In this document: positions 19,264 to 28,853 of the stretch, one piece after another | Layout: every line of letters starts with the position of its first letter | How positions within the stretch are numbered: position 1 is the first letter of the stretch | Origin: Nitrospirota bacterium | GTDB lineage: Bacteria > Nitrospirota > UBA9217 | Reading direction: 5' to 3' | Length of the DNA stretch: 49,340 bases | NCBI GenBank assembly: GCA_029858565.1 | Contig: JAOUEV010000022.1 | Coordinates: 1-49,340, forward strand | Translations under genes and position numbers: made by a program | Notes under the pieces: model-generated | Databases searched by the model: none | Seen by the model: only the letters and a program-made list of their open reading frames with translations | Told to the model about the DNA's origin: nothing

Positions 19264-19716
19264 TTACTTGCGGAGCTTCGGCCAGATCTCATCGGCCTTC
19301 TTGATGTGGCCGGGGATATCCTTGCTCCATTTTTCGTAAGCAGCCTGACTGCAATTGAGGTACAGCTTGCCATTGACGATCTTCCATACTTCGGGATCGG
19401 TGATAGCCAGCCGCGACTCGGTCATGGCCCAGGCGCAGTAGCCGTCATATTGCGGAGCGTATTTCTCTGGATCAGCCGCGAACAGGTCCCGGTTCTCTTT
19501 GGAAGTGAAATGCCAGGTCATGCCGTGCCAGGGGAAGGAGAATGACGCGTTTCCTTTTACTGCCTTGCCTGCGGTGAAATAGGCGACCGGGTCGTATCCT
19601 TTTATGGCTGTTTCGTCGGCCGGGGACTTTGCCGCCGCGATTCCAAGAGATCCGGCCAGGAGCATTGCACATATCGAACTCGTCACGATCCCGATGTTTG
19701 CTAAATGCAGTTTCAT
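19264..19716 (-). CDS. Exported YHS-domain protein (Cys-type member of the YHS (seleno)protein family)
   Basis: AIKGYDPVAYF, FAADPEKYAPQYDGYCAWAM, IVNGKLYLN. Confidence 0.88.
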   Translation of the reverse strand: MKLHLANIGIVTSSICAMLLAGSLGIAAAKSPADETAIKGYDPVAYFTAGKAVKGNASFSFPWHGMTWHFTSKENRDLFAADPEKYAPQYDGYCAWAMTESRLAITDPEVWKIVNGKLYLNCSQAAYEKWSKDIPGHIKKADEIWPKLRK

Positions 19717-19747
19717 GTGCTCCCTCCTTCTTCGTTAATATTATATC

Positions 19748-19924
19748 TTAATAATGTACTTCATTCCCGCGTAGCTGATCGAGAAGCAATGCCATGTCCG
19801 CGGTGATGTCGGGACCGATCATCGGAGACAGGCCCGCGGCAGCTGACAGCAATGCCCGTTTCGTCAGCATCTTCTCGCATTCTTTCTTTGCTGCTTCTAT
19901 GTCTTCGCGCGAAGTCGGGTACAT
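19748..19924 (-). pseudogene. Probable truncated DUF697-like protein (5' fragment)
   Basis: MYPTSREDIEAAKKECEKMLTKRALLSAAAGLSPMIGPDITADMALLL resembles a DUF697 N-terminus, then ends abruptly in AT-rich sequence. Confidence 0.45.
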
Positions 19925-20066
19925 GTGCCGTCTAAGCGAGTGTTCAAGCGAGACCTTGGGGACGTTTTCCCTCATCGCCCAACCACCTCATTTTGAAGAA
20001 AGGAGAATGGTGGTCCAGAGAAATGCGTAGGGAAAGGATCTGGAGATGGCTGGTGGAAGGAAAATC

Positions 20067-20360
20067 TTATTTTACGCGATCTGCCCAGTATCGAGGTTCT
20101 CGATGCAGATGCGCAACCGCCACAACCACGATGGTGTCGCCGTCCATCCCGAATATGAGACCGTAGGGAAACCGTGCGAGCAGGCCGCGGCGAAGCCCTG
20201 GCTCTATTTGCATTGCAGAGAACGGATAGATAACAATTCGTCGAATGACCCGGTCTAATTCATCAAGGAACTCTGTTCCCAATCCGTCGGCCTGTTTGTC
20301 GTACCAGACAACAGCATCATCGAGCTCCTGTCGGGCCGGGACAAGAAAGCGAACATTCAT
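20067..20360 (-). CDS. RelE/ParE-family toxin
   Basis: ELDDAVVWY, RFPYGLIF, VVAVAHLHREPRYW. Confidence 0.9.
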   Translation of the reverse strand: MNVRFLVPARQELDDAVVWYDKQADGLGTEFLDELDRVIRRIVIYPFSAMQIEPGLRRGLLARFPYGLIFGMDGDTIVVVAVAHLHREPRYWADRVK

Positions 20361-20578
20361 GAGCGGCGATACTTATCCATTACTTCCTGGTAGGATATGG
20401 TGGGTATCCTGCCTTCCTTGTAAGCAGTCCATCTTTTTCGCGCTTCCTCCGCCCAAATACGGTCCATGGCCGGGTCCGGCTTGTCAAGATCAGTGAGAAT
20501 TGCATCCACAATATGGAGTTTTTCTATATCAGACAAGGTTTGGATTTCTTTTGCGATTTTCTCGGCGATTTTCGTCAT
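20357..20578 (-). CDS. Addiction-module antitoxin component
   Basis: LDKPDPAMDRIWAEEARKRW; 4-bp overlap with the toxin; GGGAGG RBS. Confidence 0.88.
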   Translation of the reverse strand: MTKIAEKIAKEIQTLSDIEKLHIVDAILTDLDKPDPAMDRIWAEEARKRWTAYKEGRIPTISYQEVMDKYRRS

Positions 20579-20791
20579 ACTGCGCCTCCCCGTGGTACAG
20601 CGCTTCATCCCTTTTGATGTCTGATTCTATTATAGTCAAGTCATCTTCGATGTGCAATAGCTTACGATCACTCAGGCGGCAGGCTGCGGCACCACCCCCC
20701 GCACCCGGCCCGCTCTCCCGGACAGAGGATAATAATCCAATGATGATGGATAATTTTCACATATAGGCGCAGAAGTTTGAACGGTAACTGC

Positions 20792-20884
20792 TTATGTCGT
20801 CCCGCCCGGGATCACGAAGCGCTCGCGGATGACGCGCTTGAGCCGTCTCAACTTCTTCTCTTCCTCCCGCGGACGCTCATCCAT
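20792..20884 (-). CDS. Possible 30-aa charged peptide
   Basis: GGGAGG RBS then MDERPREEEKKLRRLKRVIRERFVIPGGTT, directly downstream of the DUF6901-like gene. Confidence 0.4.
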   Translation of the reverse strand: MDERPREEEKKLRRLKRVIRERFVIPGGTT

Positions 20885-20916
20885 AACGATCCTCCCTTCC
20901 GGCCGCTCCGGCTCCA

Positions 20917-21618
20917 TCACCGGTTCAGCAGCGCGGAGAAATAGGGCTTGATCTTGTTCAGCGTGTCCTCTACAGCGAGGGCCATCATGCTGGCGAACAC
21001 GTCGAGGTTCACCAGGGCGTTCACGTTCGCGTCCTTCTTTGCCGCCGCGCGCATTCGCACCGCGAAGTCCCGGTTCACCTGTCCGACCTCGGCATAGATC
21101 GCGCCGAGTCCGTCCATGGACCACTCCGCGCTCTTGCCGTCCTGCTGCCGGAAATACTGCGCCAGAAGCCACATCACCGCGCCGCGGAAGATGGTCTCGT
21201 CGAGCGACGCGAAGGGAAGATGGAACCGCACCATGGGCTTGAGCTGCTCCATCACCGGGCAGCCGCTGGTGGTCATAATGATGCCCATGATCGGGCTCAA
21301 TCCGCCCTGCACCGTGGTGTCCTTGGCGTAAATGCGCTCGGCCACCCTGACCGTGACGCTCACGTTCTCGTGGGACAGGAAGTTCCTGAACTCCTCCACC
21401 AGTGTTGCAAGGTTCTCGGCAATGGGGCAGTAGGTATGCTCCTCCTCCGTCAATGGGCAGATGGCGCACTTATTGTAGGACAGCATGGCCCAGAGCGGCA
21501 GGTCCGGCGGACGTTCCGTGATCAGGCGGAGGTTCGTAGAATCCAGCCGGAGGTCGAAATCCTTGGTAGATCCGTCCTGGAACTGGTAGGTATACAGGAA
21601 CTGGATGCTATCGTCCAT
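20917..21618 (-). CDS. DUF6901-like Cys-containing protein
   Basis: KCAICPL...CPIA, TSGCPVM, PMVRFHLPFAS; GGAG RBS before MDDSIQ. Confidence 0.75.
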   Translation of the reverse strand: MDDSIQFLYTYQFQDGSTKDFDLRLDSTNLRLITERPPDLPLWAMLSYNKCAICPLTEEEHTYCPIAENLATLVEEFRNFLSHENVSVTVRVAERIYAKDTTVQGGLSPIMGIIMTTSGCPVMEQLKPMVRFHLPFASLDETIFRGAVMWLLAQYFRQQDGKSAEWSMDGLGAIYAEVGQVNRDFAVRMRAAAKKDANVNALVNLDVFASMMALAVEDTLNKIKPYFSALLNR

Positions 21619-21790
21619 GGCGCACTCCTCGATTTCATAGCTTACAACTGCCTGCCCATGTATATAGGCCGATGATGGTTGTTTGTCAAGTGCCGGCCGT
21701 TCCCTTCCGGGGGGATGTTGGCCGTAACAGAGAAGCAAAAGAGGGATTGTTGCGTGGCTGCTGAAATAAAGCGGCTGCATCGAAAATAAA

Positions 21791-21819
21791 TTGACAGCAA
21801 CTGTTTTGTTTGTTATCGT
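21791..21819 (+). promoter_or_regulatory. sigma70-type promoter of the two-CW gene
   Basis: TTGACA-N17-TATCGT with extended TG. A divergent TTGACA-N17-TATATA lies on the minus strand at 21661-21689. Confidence 0.55.
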
Positions 21820-21847
21820 ATCGCGCCTGAGGGGGCGGGGGAGGAAT

Positions 21848-22150
21848 ATGGGAAAGAAAAATTGCTGGCAAGTGAAAAAGTGCGGCAGGGAGGCGGGCGG
21901 TGCGAAAGTAAAGGAACTCGGCACCTGTCCGGCATCGGTCGAGCGAAAGCTCCACGGGACCCACGGAGGCGACTGCGCCGGCCGCGCCTGCTGGATCGTG
22001 GCAGGCACCTACTGCGGCGGCAAGGAGCAGGGCACCTTTGCCCAGAAATTCCACAATTGCGAGACCTGTGATTTCTATGTGAGCGTGAAGCAGGAGGAAG
22101 GGCTTCAGTTCAAGATGTCCACGCTGTTGATCGCCAAGTTTCGCACCTGA
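21848..22150 (+). CDS. Two-CW domain Cys-rich small protein
   Basis: NCWQVKKCGRE...CPA...GRACWIVAGTYC...CETCDFY; GAGG RBS. Confidence 0.85.
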   Translation: MGKKNCWQVKKCGREAGGAKVKELGTCPASVERKLHGTHGGDCAGRACWIVAGTYCGGKEQGTFAQKFHNCETCDFYVSVKQEEGLQFKMSTLLIAKFRT

Positions 22151-22193
22151 TCATATCGCTCTCACAGGGCGAATAGTCGTCCGGGCAATAAAG

Positions 22194-22224
22194 AACGGCT
22201 GCAGAGATCCACTCTGCAGCCGTT
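22194..22224. terminator. Bidirectional terminator
   Basis: AACGGCTGCAGAG-ATCCA-CTCTGCAGCCGTT between convergent genes. Confidence 0.75.
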
Positions 22225-22250
22225 TGCGTTTTATTGCGCTGAAAGATCGA

Positions 22251-23192
22251 TTACTGCTTGAACAGCACCTTGTCCTCGGCGAATTCCCGGGAGCCGCTGC
22301 TCTTGATCTTGTACGAGCCCGCGAGCTTTGTCTCGTCGTTCGACAGCGTCACATCATAATCCTCGGTCTTCCAGTACGACGGGATCGTGGCCAGTTTCCA
22401 GGTCACCTGGATGTGGATATTGTCGTCAGACAGCTCGAATATGGTCACTTTTCCCACTGCGCCCGTGCTTCTGCGCGGCGCCTGGGCGGCCAGTTCTCCG
22501 GAGGCGTTCATGGTGACCGAGAATGCCTGGGTCGTAATGAATTCGCCGCCGCGAGGCGCCGTGTCCTTGTAGAACCAGGAGCCCACAAAGGCTTTCGGGT
22601 TCGTCTTCTTTTCCGGGGCTGCGGCCGGCTTCTTCCTCTCCGGCGGAGCGGGTTTTGCCACGGTCGGCGGCGCCGGAGGCGGGATCGTAGGCGAGGCCTT
22701 CAACTTCTGGTTCGCTTCCTCTGCGAACACCTCAAGCTCGTAGACCTTGTTGCGCAGGTCGCGGGAGTTCTTTCCATTGGGATCGGCAAGCAGCGCGAAG
22801 TTCAGGTTCTGGATCGCTTCGGCGTAGCTCCCTGCCTTTTCCAGGGCTTCGGCAAGCCCTTCATAACCTTCAGCAGCCCAGGGCGCAAGAGCCACGGCCT
22901 CCTTGAACGCGTCAACCGCCTTGGTGTATCCCGCAGCATCATTCGCCATCTTGAGGAAAGCGGCCCCCCGTGACATGAGCCGCTCGAACTCCTCGGGAAC
23001 CGAGGGTTTCTGCTTCTGCGATTGCGCGTATTTGATGATCTTTTCCCGCACTTCAAGGTTATCCGGATTTACCTTGAGCTCCGAAACATATTGTTTAAGC
23101 GCATCCTTTTCCGCGGCTCCGGCAAAGGGGCTGCTCAGCAGGACCATCGCGATCATGAGCAGGATGAGAGGCATGAGGATTCGCTTTGTCAT
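22251..23192 (-). CDS. Exported TPR-containing protein
   Basis: Signal peptide, TPR-like helices, Pro-rich linker, beta-rich C-terminal domain. Confidence 0.8.
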   Translation of the reverse strand: MTKRILMPLILLMIAMVLLSSPFAGAAEKDALKQYVSELKVNPDNLEVREKIIKYAQSQKQKPSVPEEFERLMSRGAAFLKMANDAAGYTKAVDAFKEAVALAPWAAEGYEGLAEALEKAGSYAEAIQNLNFALLADPNGKNSRDLRNKVYELEVFAEEANQKLKASPTIPPPAPPTVAKPAPPERKKPAAAPEKKTNPKAFVGSWFYKDTAPRGGEFITTQAFSVTMNASGELAAQAPRRSTGAVGKVTIFELSDDNIHIQVTWKLATIPSYWKTEDYDVTLSNDETKLAGSYKIKSSGSREFAEDKVLFKQ

Positions 23193-23426
23193 TTCAAGGC
23201 TCCTTGCAAAAGATAGTGCGCATTCCTAGGCAAATCGTAACGTGTTTGAAATTATGCATTATTTCATATAGAATTTCAATCAAAATAATGGGTGATAGTG
23301 CCATACCCCATATACCTCCGGTAACAGCGTCATCCGGCTCCCGGGCTCTCCGGACACCGCCCAAACGCGGTATGTGATACACATGACAAGGTGCCCTGGG
23401 GAAGCTGTTACTGTTCGTACTTTGCC

Positions 23427-23456
23427 TTGACAAACGCGGGGTTCCCGTCATATTAT
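23427..23456 (+). promoter_or_regulatory. sigma70-type promoter of the ACT-liv-paaK operon
   Basis: TTGACA-N18-TATTAT. Confidence 0.55.
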
Positions 23457-23516
23457 TAAAGCTCTTGGACCCGGCCAAGTGACCGCAAGGACGTCATGAC
23501 CGGCATCGGAGGCCTT

Positions 23517-23948
23517 GTGAGGGTCGAGCAGATCTCCATCTTTCTTGAGAACAAGTCCGGCAGGCTCGCGGAAGTTACCGAACTCCTTGGCACGAGCGAA
23601 ATCAATATCCGTGCGCTGTCGCTGGCCGATACGGCGGATTTCGGCATACTCCGCCTGATCGTGAACGAGCCGGAAAAGGCCCTTGAGCTCCTGAAGCAGA
23701 ACGGCTTCACCACTGGCAGGACCGAGGTGGTCGCGGTCGTTCTGCCTGACCGGCCCGGCGGCCTTGCCGGCATCCTGGCGATGCTGCGCGGCAAAGCGAT
23801 CAATGTGGAATATATGTATGCTTTTGTGCAGCGGTCAGAGGGAAATGCCGTGGTCATCTTCCGGTTCGACGAGACCGACCGGGCGCTCGAAGCGCTCCGG
23901 CTGGGCGGCGTCAAGATGCTCTCGGGAGAGGAAATGAAGAACCTGTAG
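23517..23948 (+). CDS. Tandem ACT-domain protein (paaK-associated type)
   Basis: [29 protein letters not shown]; GTG start behind GGAGG. Confidence 0.9.
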   Translation: MRVEQISIFLENKSGRLAEVTELLGTSEINIRALSLADTADFGILRLIVNEPEKALELLKQNGFTTGRTEVVAVVLPDRPGGLAGILAMLRGKAINVEYMYAFVQRSEGNAVVIFRFDETDRALEALRLGGVKMLSGEEMKNL

Positions 23949-23995
23949 CGTCCCGGCACATCGGGACATCCGTATATTTCAGAGGAGGAAGCGTG

Positions 23996-25141
23996 ATGAT
24001 GAGGATCTTCAAGCTGTTGACAGTTGTGGTGGCATGTTTCGCGTTATTCGCAGCACCGGTCTTCGCGGCCGAGACCGTCAAGGTCGGCGCCCTGCTGGCC
24101 GTCACCGGCCCCGCGTCGTTCCTGGGCGCGCCCGAAGCCAAGACCCTGGAGATGCTCGTTGAGGAGATCAACGCCAAGGGCGGCATCAACGGCAAGAAGA
24201 TCGAGCTCATCATCAAGGACACCCAGGCCAGCCCGGAAAAGGCCGTGTCCTTTGCCAAGCAGCTGATCGACGAGGAAAAGGTCTTCGCCATCATCGGCCC
24301 CTCCACCAGCGGCGAGACCATGCAGATCAAGAACATCGCCGAGGCCGGCAAAACGCTCCTCCTGTCCTGCGCCGCAGCCGAGGTGATCGTCAACCCGGTC
24401 GCGAAATACGTGTTCAAGACCCCCCAGATGGACAAACACGCGGTCATCAGGATTTTCCAGCAGATGAAGAAGATGAACATCTCGAAAATCGGCGTGCTGT
24501 CGTCCAACACGGGCTTCGGCAAAGCGGGCAAGGAGCAGATCGAGAAGATCGCGCCCGAGCACGGGATCCAGATCCTGGTGAACGAGGTCTATGACAAGGC
24601 GGCGACCGACCTGACCGCGGAAGTGACCAAGGTGAAGGCAGCGAATGTCCAGGCAGTGATCAACTGGTCCATCGAGCCTGCCCAGGCCATCGTGATCAAG
24701 AACATCCGCCAGATCGGCCTCACCATCCCGGTCTTCCAGAGCCATGGTTTCGGCAACATCAACTACGTGAAGGCCGCGGGCGCTGCCGCGGAAGGCGTGA
24801 TCTTCCCCGCCGGCCGCCTGCTCGTCGCGGACACGCTCTCGGACAAGAACCCCCAGAAGGCCGTGCTTGTGGACTACAAGAAGAAGTACGAGGCCAAGTA
24901 CAAGGAAGACGTGAGCACCTTCGGCGGACATGGCTACGACGCCATGATGATCCTGGCCAAGGCGGTCGAGAAGGCCGGCGCGGACAAGGAGAAGGTGCGC
25001 GATACGATCGAGACCATGAAGGGCTTCGTCGGCACCGCCGGCGTGTTCAATTTCTCGGCCGAGGACCACAACGGCCTGGACCTGAACGCCTTTGAAATGC
25101 TGACCGTGAAGGACGGCAAGTTCGTGGTCTACGAAAAATAG
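23996..25141 (+). CDS. livK: HAAT-family ABC transporter substrate-binding protein
   Basis: Signal peptide, VKVGALLAVTGPAS, INAKGGINGKKIEL. Confidence 0.9.
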   Translation: MMRIFKLLTVVVACFALFAAPVFAAETVKVGALLAVTGPASFLGAPEAKTLEMLVEEINAKGGINGKKIELIIKDTQASPEKAVSFAKQLIDEEKVFAIIGPSTSGETMQIKNIAEAGKTLLLSCAAAEVIVNPVAKYVFKTPQMDKHAVIRIFQQMKKMNISKIGVLSSNTGFGKAGKEQIEKIAPEHGIQILVNEVYDKAATDLTAEVTKVKAANVQAVINWSIEPAQAIVIKNIRQIGLTIPVFQSHGFGNINYVKAAGAAAEGVIFPAGRLLVADTLSDKNPQKAVLVDYKKKYEAKYKEDVSTFGGHGYDAMMILAKAVEKAGADKEKVRDTIETMKGFVGTAGVFNFSAEDHNGLDLNAFEMLTVKDGKFVVYEK

Positions 25142-25161
25142 CCGGCACCATGCTGTTACTT

Positions 25162-25191
25162 CAGGGAGTATCCGGATGCGGATACTCCCTG
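25162..25191 (+). terminator. Stem-loop after the binding-protein gene (partial terminator or mRNA stabiliser)
   Basis: CAGGGAGTATCCG-GATG-CGGATACTCCCTG. Confidence 0.65.
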
Positions 25192-25243
25192 CTTGTTTCT
25201 GGGAACCTCACCAGAAGCACACGAAATTTGAATTGAGAATCGA

Positions 25244-26134
25244 ATGTTCCTGGAATTATTCTTTCAATACCTCGTCGCCGGTCTGACCTACGGCACCATC
25301 TACGCCATCGTCGGGATCGGCTTCAATATCGTCTATAACACCACCGGCATCATCAACTTCGCCCAGGGCGAGTTCGTGATGCTCGGCGGTATGATCGCTG
25401 TATCGCTCCATTCGCTCCTGCCCCTGCCTATCGCCATAGCCGCGGCAGTGGTCCTCACCATGGCCATCGGCGCGCTGATCGAGATGACCTTCATCCGCTG
25501 GCTCGTGAAGCCCGCGGTGCTCCGGATGATCATTATCACCATCGGCATCTCGATCCTGGTCAGAGAGGCGGCCCTGCATCTCTGGGGCGAAAGCGTCCGG
25601 TCGCTTCCGTATTTTACCGGCAACGAGATATCTGCCTTTTCCTTCGGCGGTGTCCGCGTATCGCCCCAGGTGCTCTGGACCCTGGGCATCTGTTCGGTCA
25701 TTGTGATCAGCCTGAACCTCTTTTTCAAGTACACCATGCTGGGACGGGAGATGCGCGCCTGCGCCTCGAACCGCGACGCGGCGGCGCTCTGCGGAATCCC
25801 CACGCGGAACATGGTCACCCTGTCCTTCGCCCTCGCGGCCGGCATCGGCGCGCTTGCCGGCGCCGTGGTCAGCCCCATTACCCAGACATCCTACAGCATC
25901 GGAACGGGCCTTGCCATCAAGGGCTTCACCGTGGCGATCCTCGGCGGGCTCGGCAACAGCATGGCCGCGGTGGCCGCCGGGTTCATCCTCGGCATCCTCG
26001 AGTCCTTCAGCATCTGGGTCATGCCCACGGCGTACAAGGACGCCATCGCGATCACGATCCTCCTGGCCATGCTCTTCGTCCGGCCCAGCGGATTGTTCGG
26101 GAACAAGGAAGCCTTCCGGCTGAAGGATTTTTGA
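25244..26134 (+). CDS. livH: HAAT ABC transporter permease
   Basis: GIINFAQGEF, AILGGLGN, RPSGLFG. Confidence 0.92.
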   Translation: MFLELFFQYLVAGLTYGTIYAIVGIGFNIVYNTTGIINFAQGEFVMLGGMIAVSLHSLLPLPIAIAAAVVLTMAIGALIEMTFIRWLVKPAVLRMIIITIGISILVREAALHLWGESVRSLPYFTGNEISAFSFGGVRVSPQVLWTLGICSVIVISLNLFFKYTMLGREMRACASNRDAAALCGIPTRNMVTLSFALAAGIGALAGAVVSPITQTSYSIGTGLAIKGFTVAILGGLGNSMAAVAAGFILGILESFSIWVMPTAYKDAIAITILLAMLFVRPSGLFGNKEAFRLKDF

Positions 26135-26141
26135 CGAACTT

Positions 26142-27197
26142 ATGAAACGATACAATCACATCCTCATACTCATCGCGGCAGTCGCCGGCGTGCAGGTCCT
26201 GACCGCGGTCCTGGGCAAGCAGTTCTACCTCACCCAGCTGACCATGACGGCCTACTACTGCATCGCCATCGTGGGCCTGACACTGCTCATGGGTTTCGCA
26301 GGCCAGATCTCGCTGGGCCACGCGGGCTTCTTCGCCATCGGCGGATATACCTCCGCGGTGCTGACCACGCTCGACCTCTCTCAGTTCAAGGACTCATCGA
26401 TCGTCTCTCTCTTGGCGAAATTATTCATTGTGACCTCCCGCCAGGACCTTTACGGCGGCCAGGTGCTCTCGTTCAATCCCTGGGCGGCCTTCATCATCGC
26501 GATCGGCCTTACCCTGGTAATCGCCTATATCATCGGCATCCCGGTGTTGAAGCTCAAGGGCCACTATCTGGCCATGGCAACGCTCGGTTTCGGCACGATC
26601 ATCTACAGCATCGTGCTCGGAACGCAGCGCTTCGGCGCGGCTGACGGCATCTCGAGCGTGCCCGCGTTCACGCTGCTGCCGGGCCTTGCCGTGAGCGGCA
26701 ACACGGAGTTCCGCGTGAGGAACTATTATCTCGCCTGGACCCTGGTGATCGGCGTCATGGTCCTGCTGATCAACCTGATCAACTCGCGCGTGGGACGGGC
26801 GCTCCGCGCCATTCACGGTGCCGAGGACGCGGCCGGCGCCATGGGCGTGGACACGGCCCGCTTCAAGCTGAACACCTTCATCCTGAGCGCCGCGCTGGCA
26901 TCGATGGCCGGCGTGTTCCTGACCCATTACAACGGAGGCATCGGGCCGTCGGAGGCGTCCATCATGAAGTCCGTGCGCTATGTGGCCATCGTGTCCGTGG
27001 GCGGCATGGGCAGCCTCTGGGGCACGCTGATCATGAGCACCACGCTCACCTTCCTGTCGCTCCGGGGGTATTTCGGTACCTTCGACGACGCGGTGTTCGG
27101 TGCGATCCTGATCGTGATCATGCTCTTCTCGCCCCAGGGGATCCTGCAGTTCGATGTAAAGGCGTTGTTGAAGAAGCTGCTGCGGAAGAAGGAATAA
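26142..27197 (+). CDS. livM: HAAT ABC transporter permease
   Basis: GQISLGHAGFFAIGGY, LKGHYLAMATLGF, SRVGRALRAI. Confidence 0.92.
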   Translation: MKRYNHILILIAAVAGVQVLTAVLGKQFYLTQLTMTAYYCIAIVGLTLLMGFAGQISLGHAGFFAIGGYTSAVLTTLDLSQFKDSSIVSLLAKLFIVTSRQDLYGGQVLSFNPWAAFIIAIGLTLVIAYIIGIPVLKLKGHYLAMATLGFGTIIYSIVLGTQRFGAADGISSVPAFTLLPGLAVSGNTEFRVRNYYLAWTLVIGVMVLLINLINSRVGRALRAIHGAEDAAGAMGVDTARFKLNTFILSAALASMAGVFLTHYNGGIGPSEASIMKSVRYVAIVSVGGMGSLWGTLIMSTTLTFLSLRGYFGTFDDAVFGAILIVIMLFSPQGILQFDVKALLKKLLRKKE

Positions 27198-27209
27198 AAA
27201 AGAGAATCG

Positions 27210-27313
27210 TCTCGCGCAAAGCCGCCAAGACGCAAAGCAAGCAAAGACAGAAGATCGCCTTTGCTTGATGAAGATTCACGCTTTCCCTTGCGGCTTTGCG
27301 CCTTTGCGCGAGA
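27210..27313. repeat. Intergenic inverted repeat of octamer (CGCAAAG-like) units
   Basis: TCTCGCGCAAAGCCGCCAAGACGCAAAG ... CTTGCGGCTTTGCGCCTTTGCGCGAGA; 12-bp perfect outer inverted repeat. Confidence 0.8.
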
Positions 27314-27343
27314 ACATGCTGTCGGGTCTGACCTTTTAATTTT

Positions 27344-28108
27344 ATGGCACTTCTTGAAGTCAACAACTTGAGCAAGCGCTTCGGCGGGCTGCAGGCCGTG
27401 AAGGACGTGTCCTTCTCGGTGGAGCGCGGCATGATCAAGGCCGTGATCGGCCCCAACGGCGCGGGCAAGACCACGCTCTTCAATCTCCTGTCGGGATTCG
27501 CCGAGCCTGACACCGGCGAGGTTCGTTTCCGTGACGCCTGGATCCACGGCAGGGGGCCCCACCAGATCGCCGCGAGCGGCATCTCGCGCACCTTCCAGCA
27601 CATCAGGCTCTTCAGCCACATGACGGCGCTCGAGAACGTCACCGTGGGCAGGCATGTGAGGAGCCGCGCCGGGTTCGTTGCCGGCATGCTGAGCCTTCCC
27701 TGGACGCACAGGGAGGAGCGGGAGATCCGCGAGAAATCGCTCAACGCAATGGAGTTCCTCGGTATCGCCCATCTTGCCCATGACGAGGCAACCAGTCTTT
27801 CCTACGGCCAGCAAAGGGCGGTGGAGCTGTCGCGCGCGCTCGCAGCTGAGCCCGAGATGCTTCTCCTGGATGAACCCGCCGCGGGATTGAACATGCGCGA
27901 GACCGCGGACCTTGCGAATCTGATCGTCAGGATCCGCGACCGGGGCATCACGGTCCTGATCGTGGAACACGACATGTCCCTGGTCATGAAGATCTCCGAC
28001 GAAGTGGTCGTCCTCTCCTACGGCGAGAAGATCGCCGATGAAAAGCCGCTGGCGGTCCAGAAGGACCCCCAGGTGATCAGCGTGTATCTCGGGGAGGATG
28101 AATGCTGA
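27344..28108 (+). CDS. livG: HAAT ABC transporter ATPase
   Basis: GPNGAGKT, LSYGQQR, LLDEPAAG. Confidence 0.93.
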   Translation: MALLEVNNLSKRFGGLQAVKDVSFSVERGMIKAVIGPNGAGKTTLFNLLSGFAEPDTGEVRFRDAWIHGRGPHQIAASGISRTFQHIRLFSHMTALENVTVGRHVRSRAGFVAGMLSLPWTHREEREIREKSLNAMEFLGIAHLAHDEATSLSYGQQRAVELSRALAAEPEMLLLDEPAAGLNMRETADLANLIVRIRDRGITVLIVEHDMSLVMKISDEVVVLSYGEKIADEKPLAVQKDPQVISVYLGEDEC

Positions 28109-28833
28109 GGATCAGGAACCTCGACGCGGGCTACGGAAGCCTCTCGGTGCTCCGCCACATCTCGCTCCATGTGAAACAGGGGGAGATCGTGACCATCATC
28201 GGCGCCAACGGAGCAGGCAAGACCACGCTGCTCAAGACCGTCTCCGGCCTGCTTCGGCCGAAAAGCGGTGAGGTCCTCTTCCGTGACAAGGATATTGCAT
28301 CTCTGCCGCCGGAACGGATCGTGTTCGAAGGTTGTTCGCTCGTGCCCGAGGGCAGGCAGGTCTTCGCTGCCATGCCGGTGCGCGAGAACCTTCTGCTCGG
28401 CGGGTATGTACAGTTCAAGCGCGGCAGATCCAGCGAGGTCAAGGCTGACCTCGAACGGGTCTATGGTCTCTTCCCGGTGCTCCGGCAGCGCGAACACCAG
28501 CTCGCCGGAACCCTTTCGGGCGGCGAGCAGCAGATGCTCGCCATCGGCAGGGCGATCATGTCCCGGCCGTCGCTTATCATGCTTGATGAGCCGTCCATGG
28601 GTCTGGCGCCGCTTGTGGTCAAGGGCATCTTCGAGATCATCGGCAAACTGCGCGACGAAGGCGCGACGGTCCTGCTGGTCGAACAGAACGCCCGGAGCGC
28701 CCTCAGGATCGCGAACCGGGGCTACGTGCTCGAAACCGGCAGGATCATCAAGGATGGCGACGCCGCAGACCTGTTGACGGACCGGGAGATCCAGCGCGCC
28801 TATCTGGGCAAGGATCTTGATGCGGAAAACTAA
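28102..28833 (+). CDS. livF: HAAT ABC transporter ATPase
   Basis: GANGAGKT, LSGGEQQ, LDEPSMGLAP. Confidence 0.93.
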   Translation: MLRIRNLDAGYGSLSVLRHISLHVKQGEIVTIIGANGAGKTTLLKTVSGLLRPKSGEVLFRDKDIASLPPERIVFEGCSLVPEGRQVFAAMPVRENLLLGGYVQFKRGRSSEVKADLERVYGLFPVLRQREHQLAGTLSGGEQQMLAIGRAIMSRPSLIMLDEPSMGLAPLVVKGIFEIIGKLRDEGATVLLVEQNARSALRIANRGYVLETGRIIKDGDAADLLTDREIQRAYLGKDLDAEN

Positions 28834-28853
28834 CGACAGCAGAACAAGGAACA

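Noticed and set aside
19264-19716. Second selenoprotein (YHS family)
   Set aside because: The relevant codon in GYCAW is TGC (Cys); no in-frame UGA.
20067-20578. TA pair as an integron cassette
   Set aside because: No attC-like AAC...GTT hairpin seen downstream.
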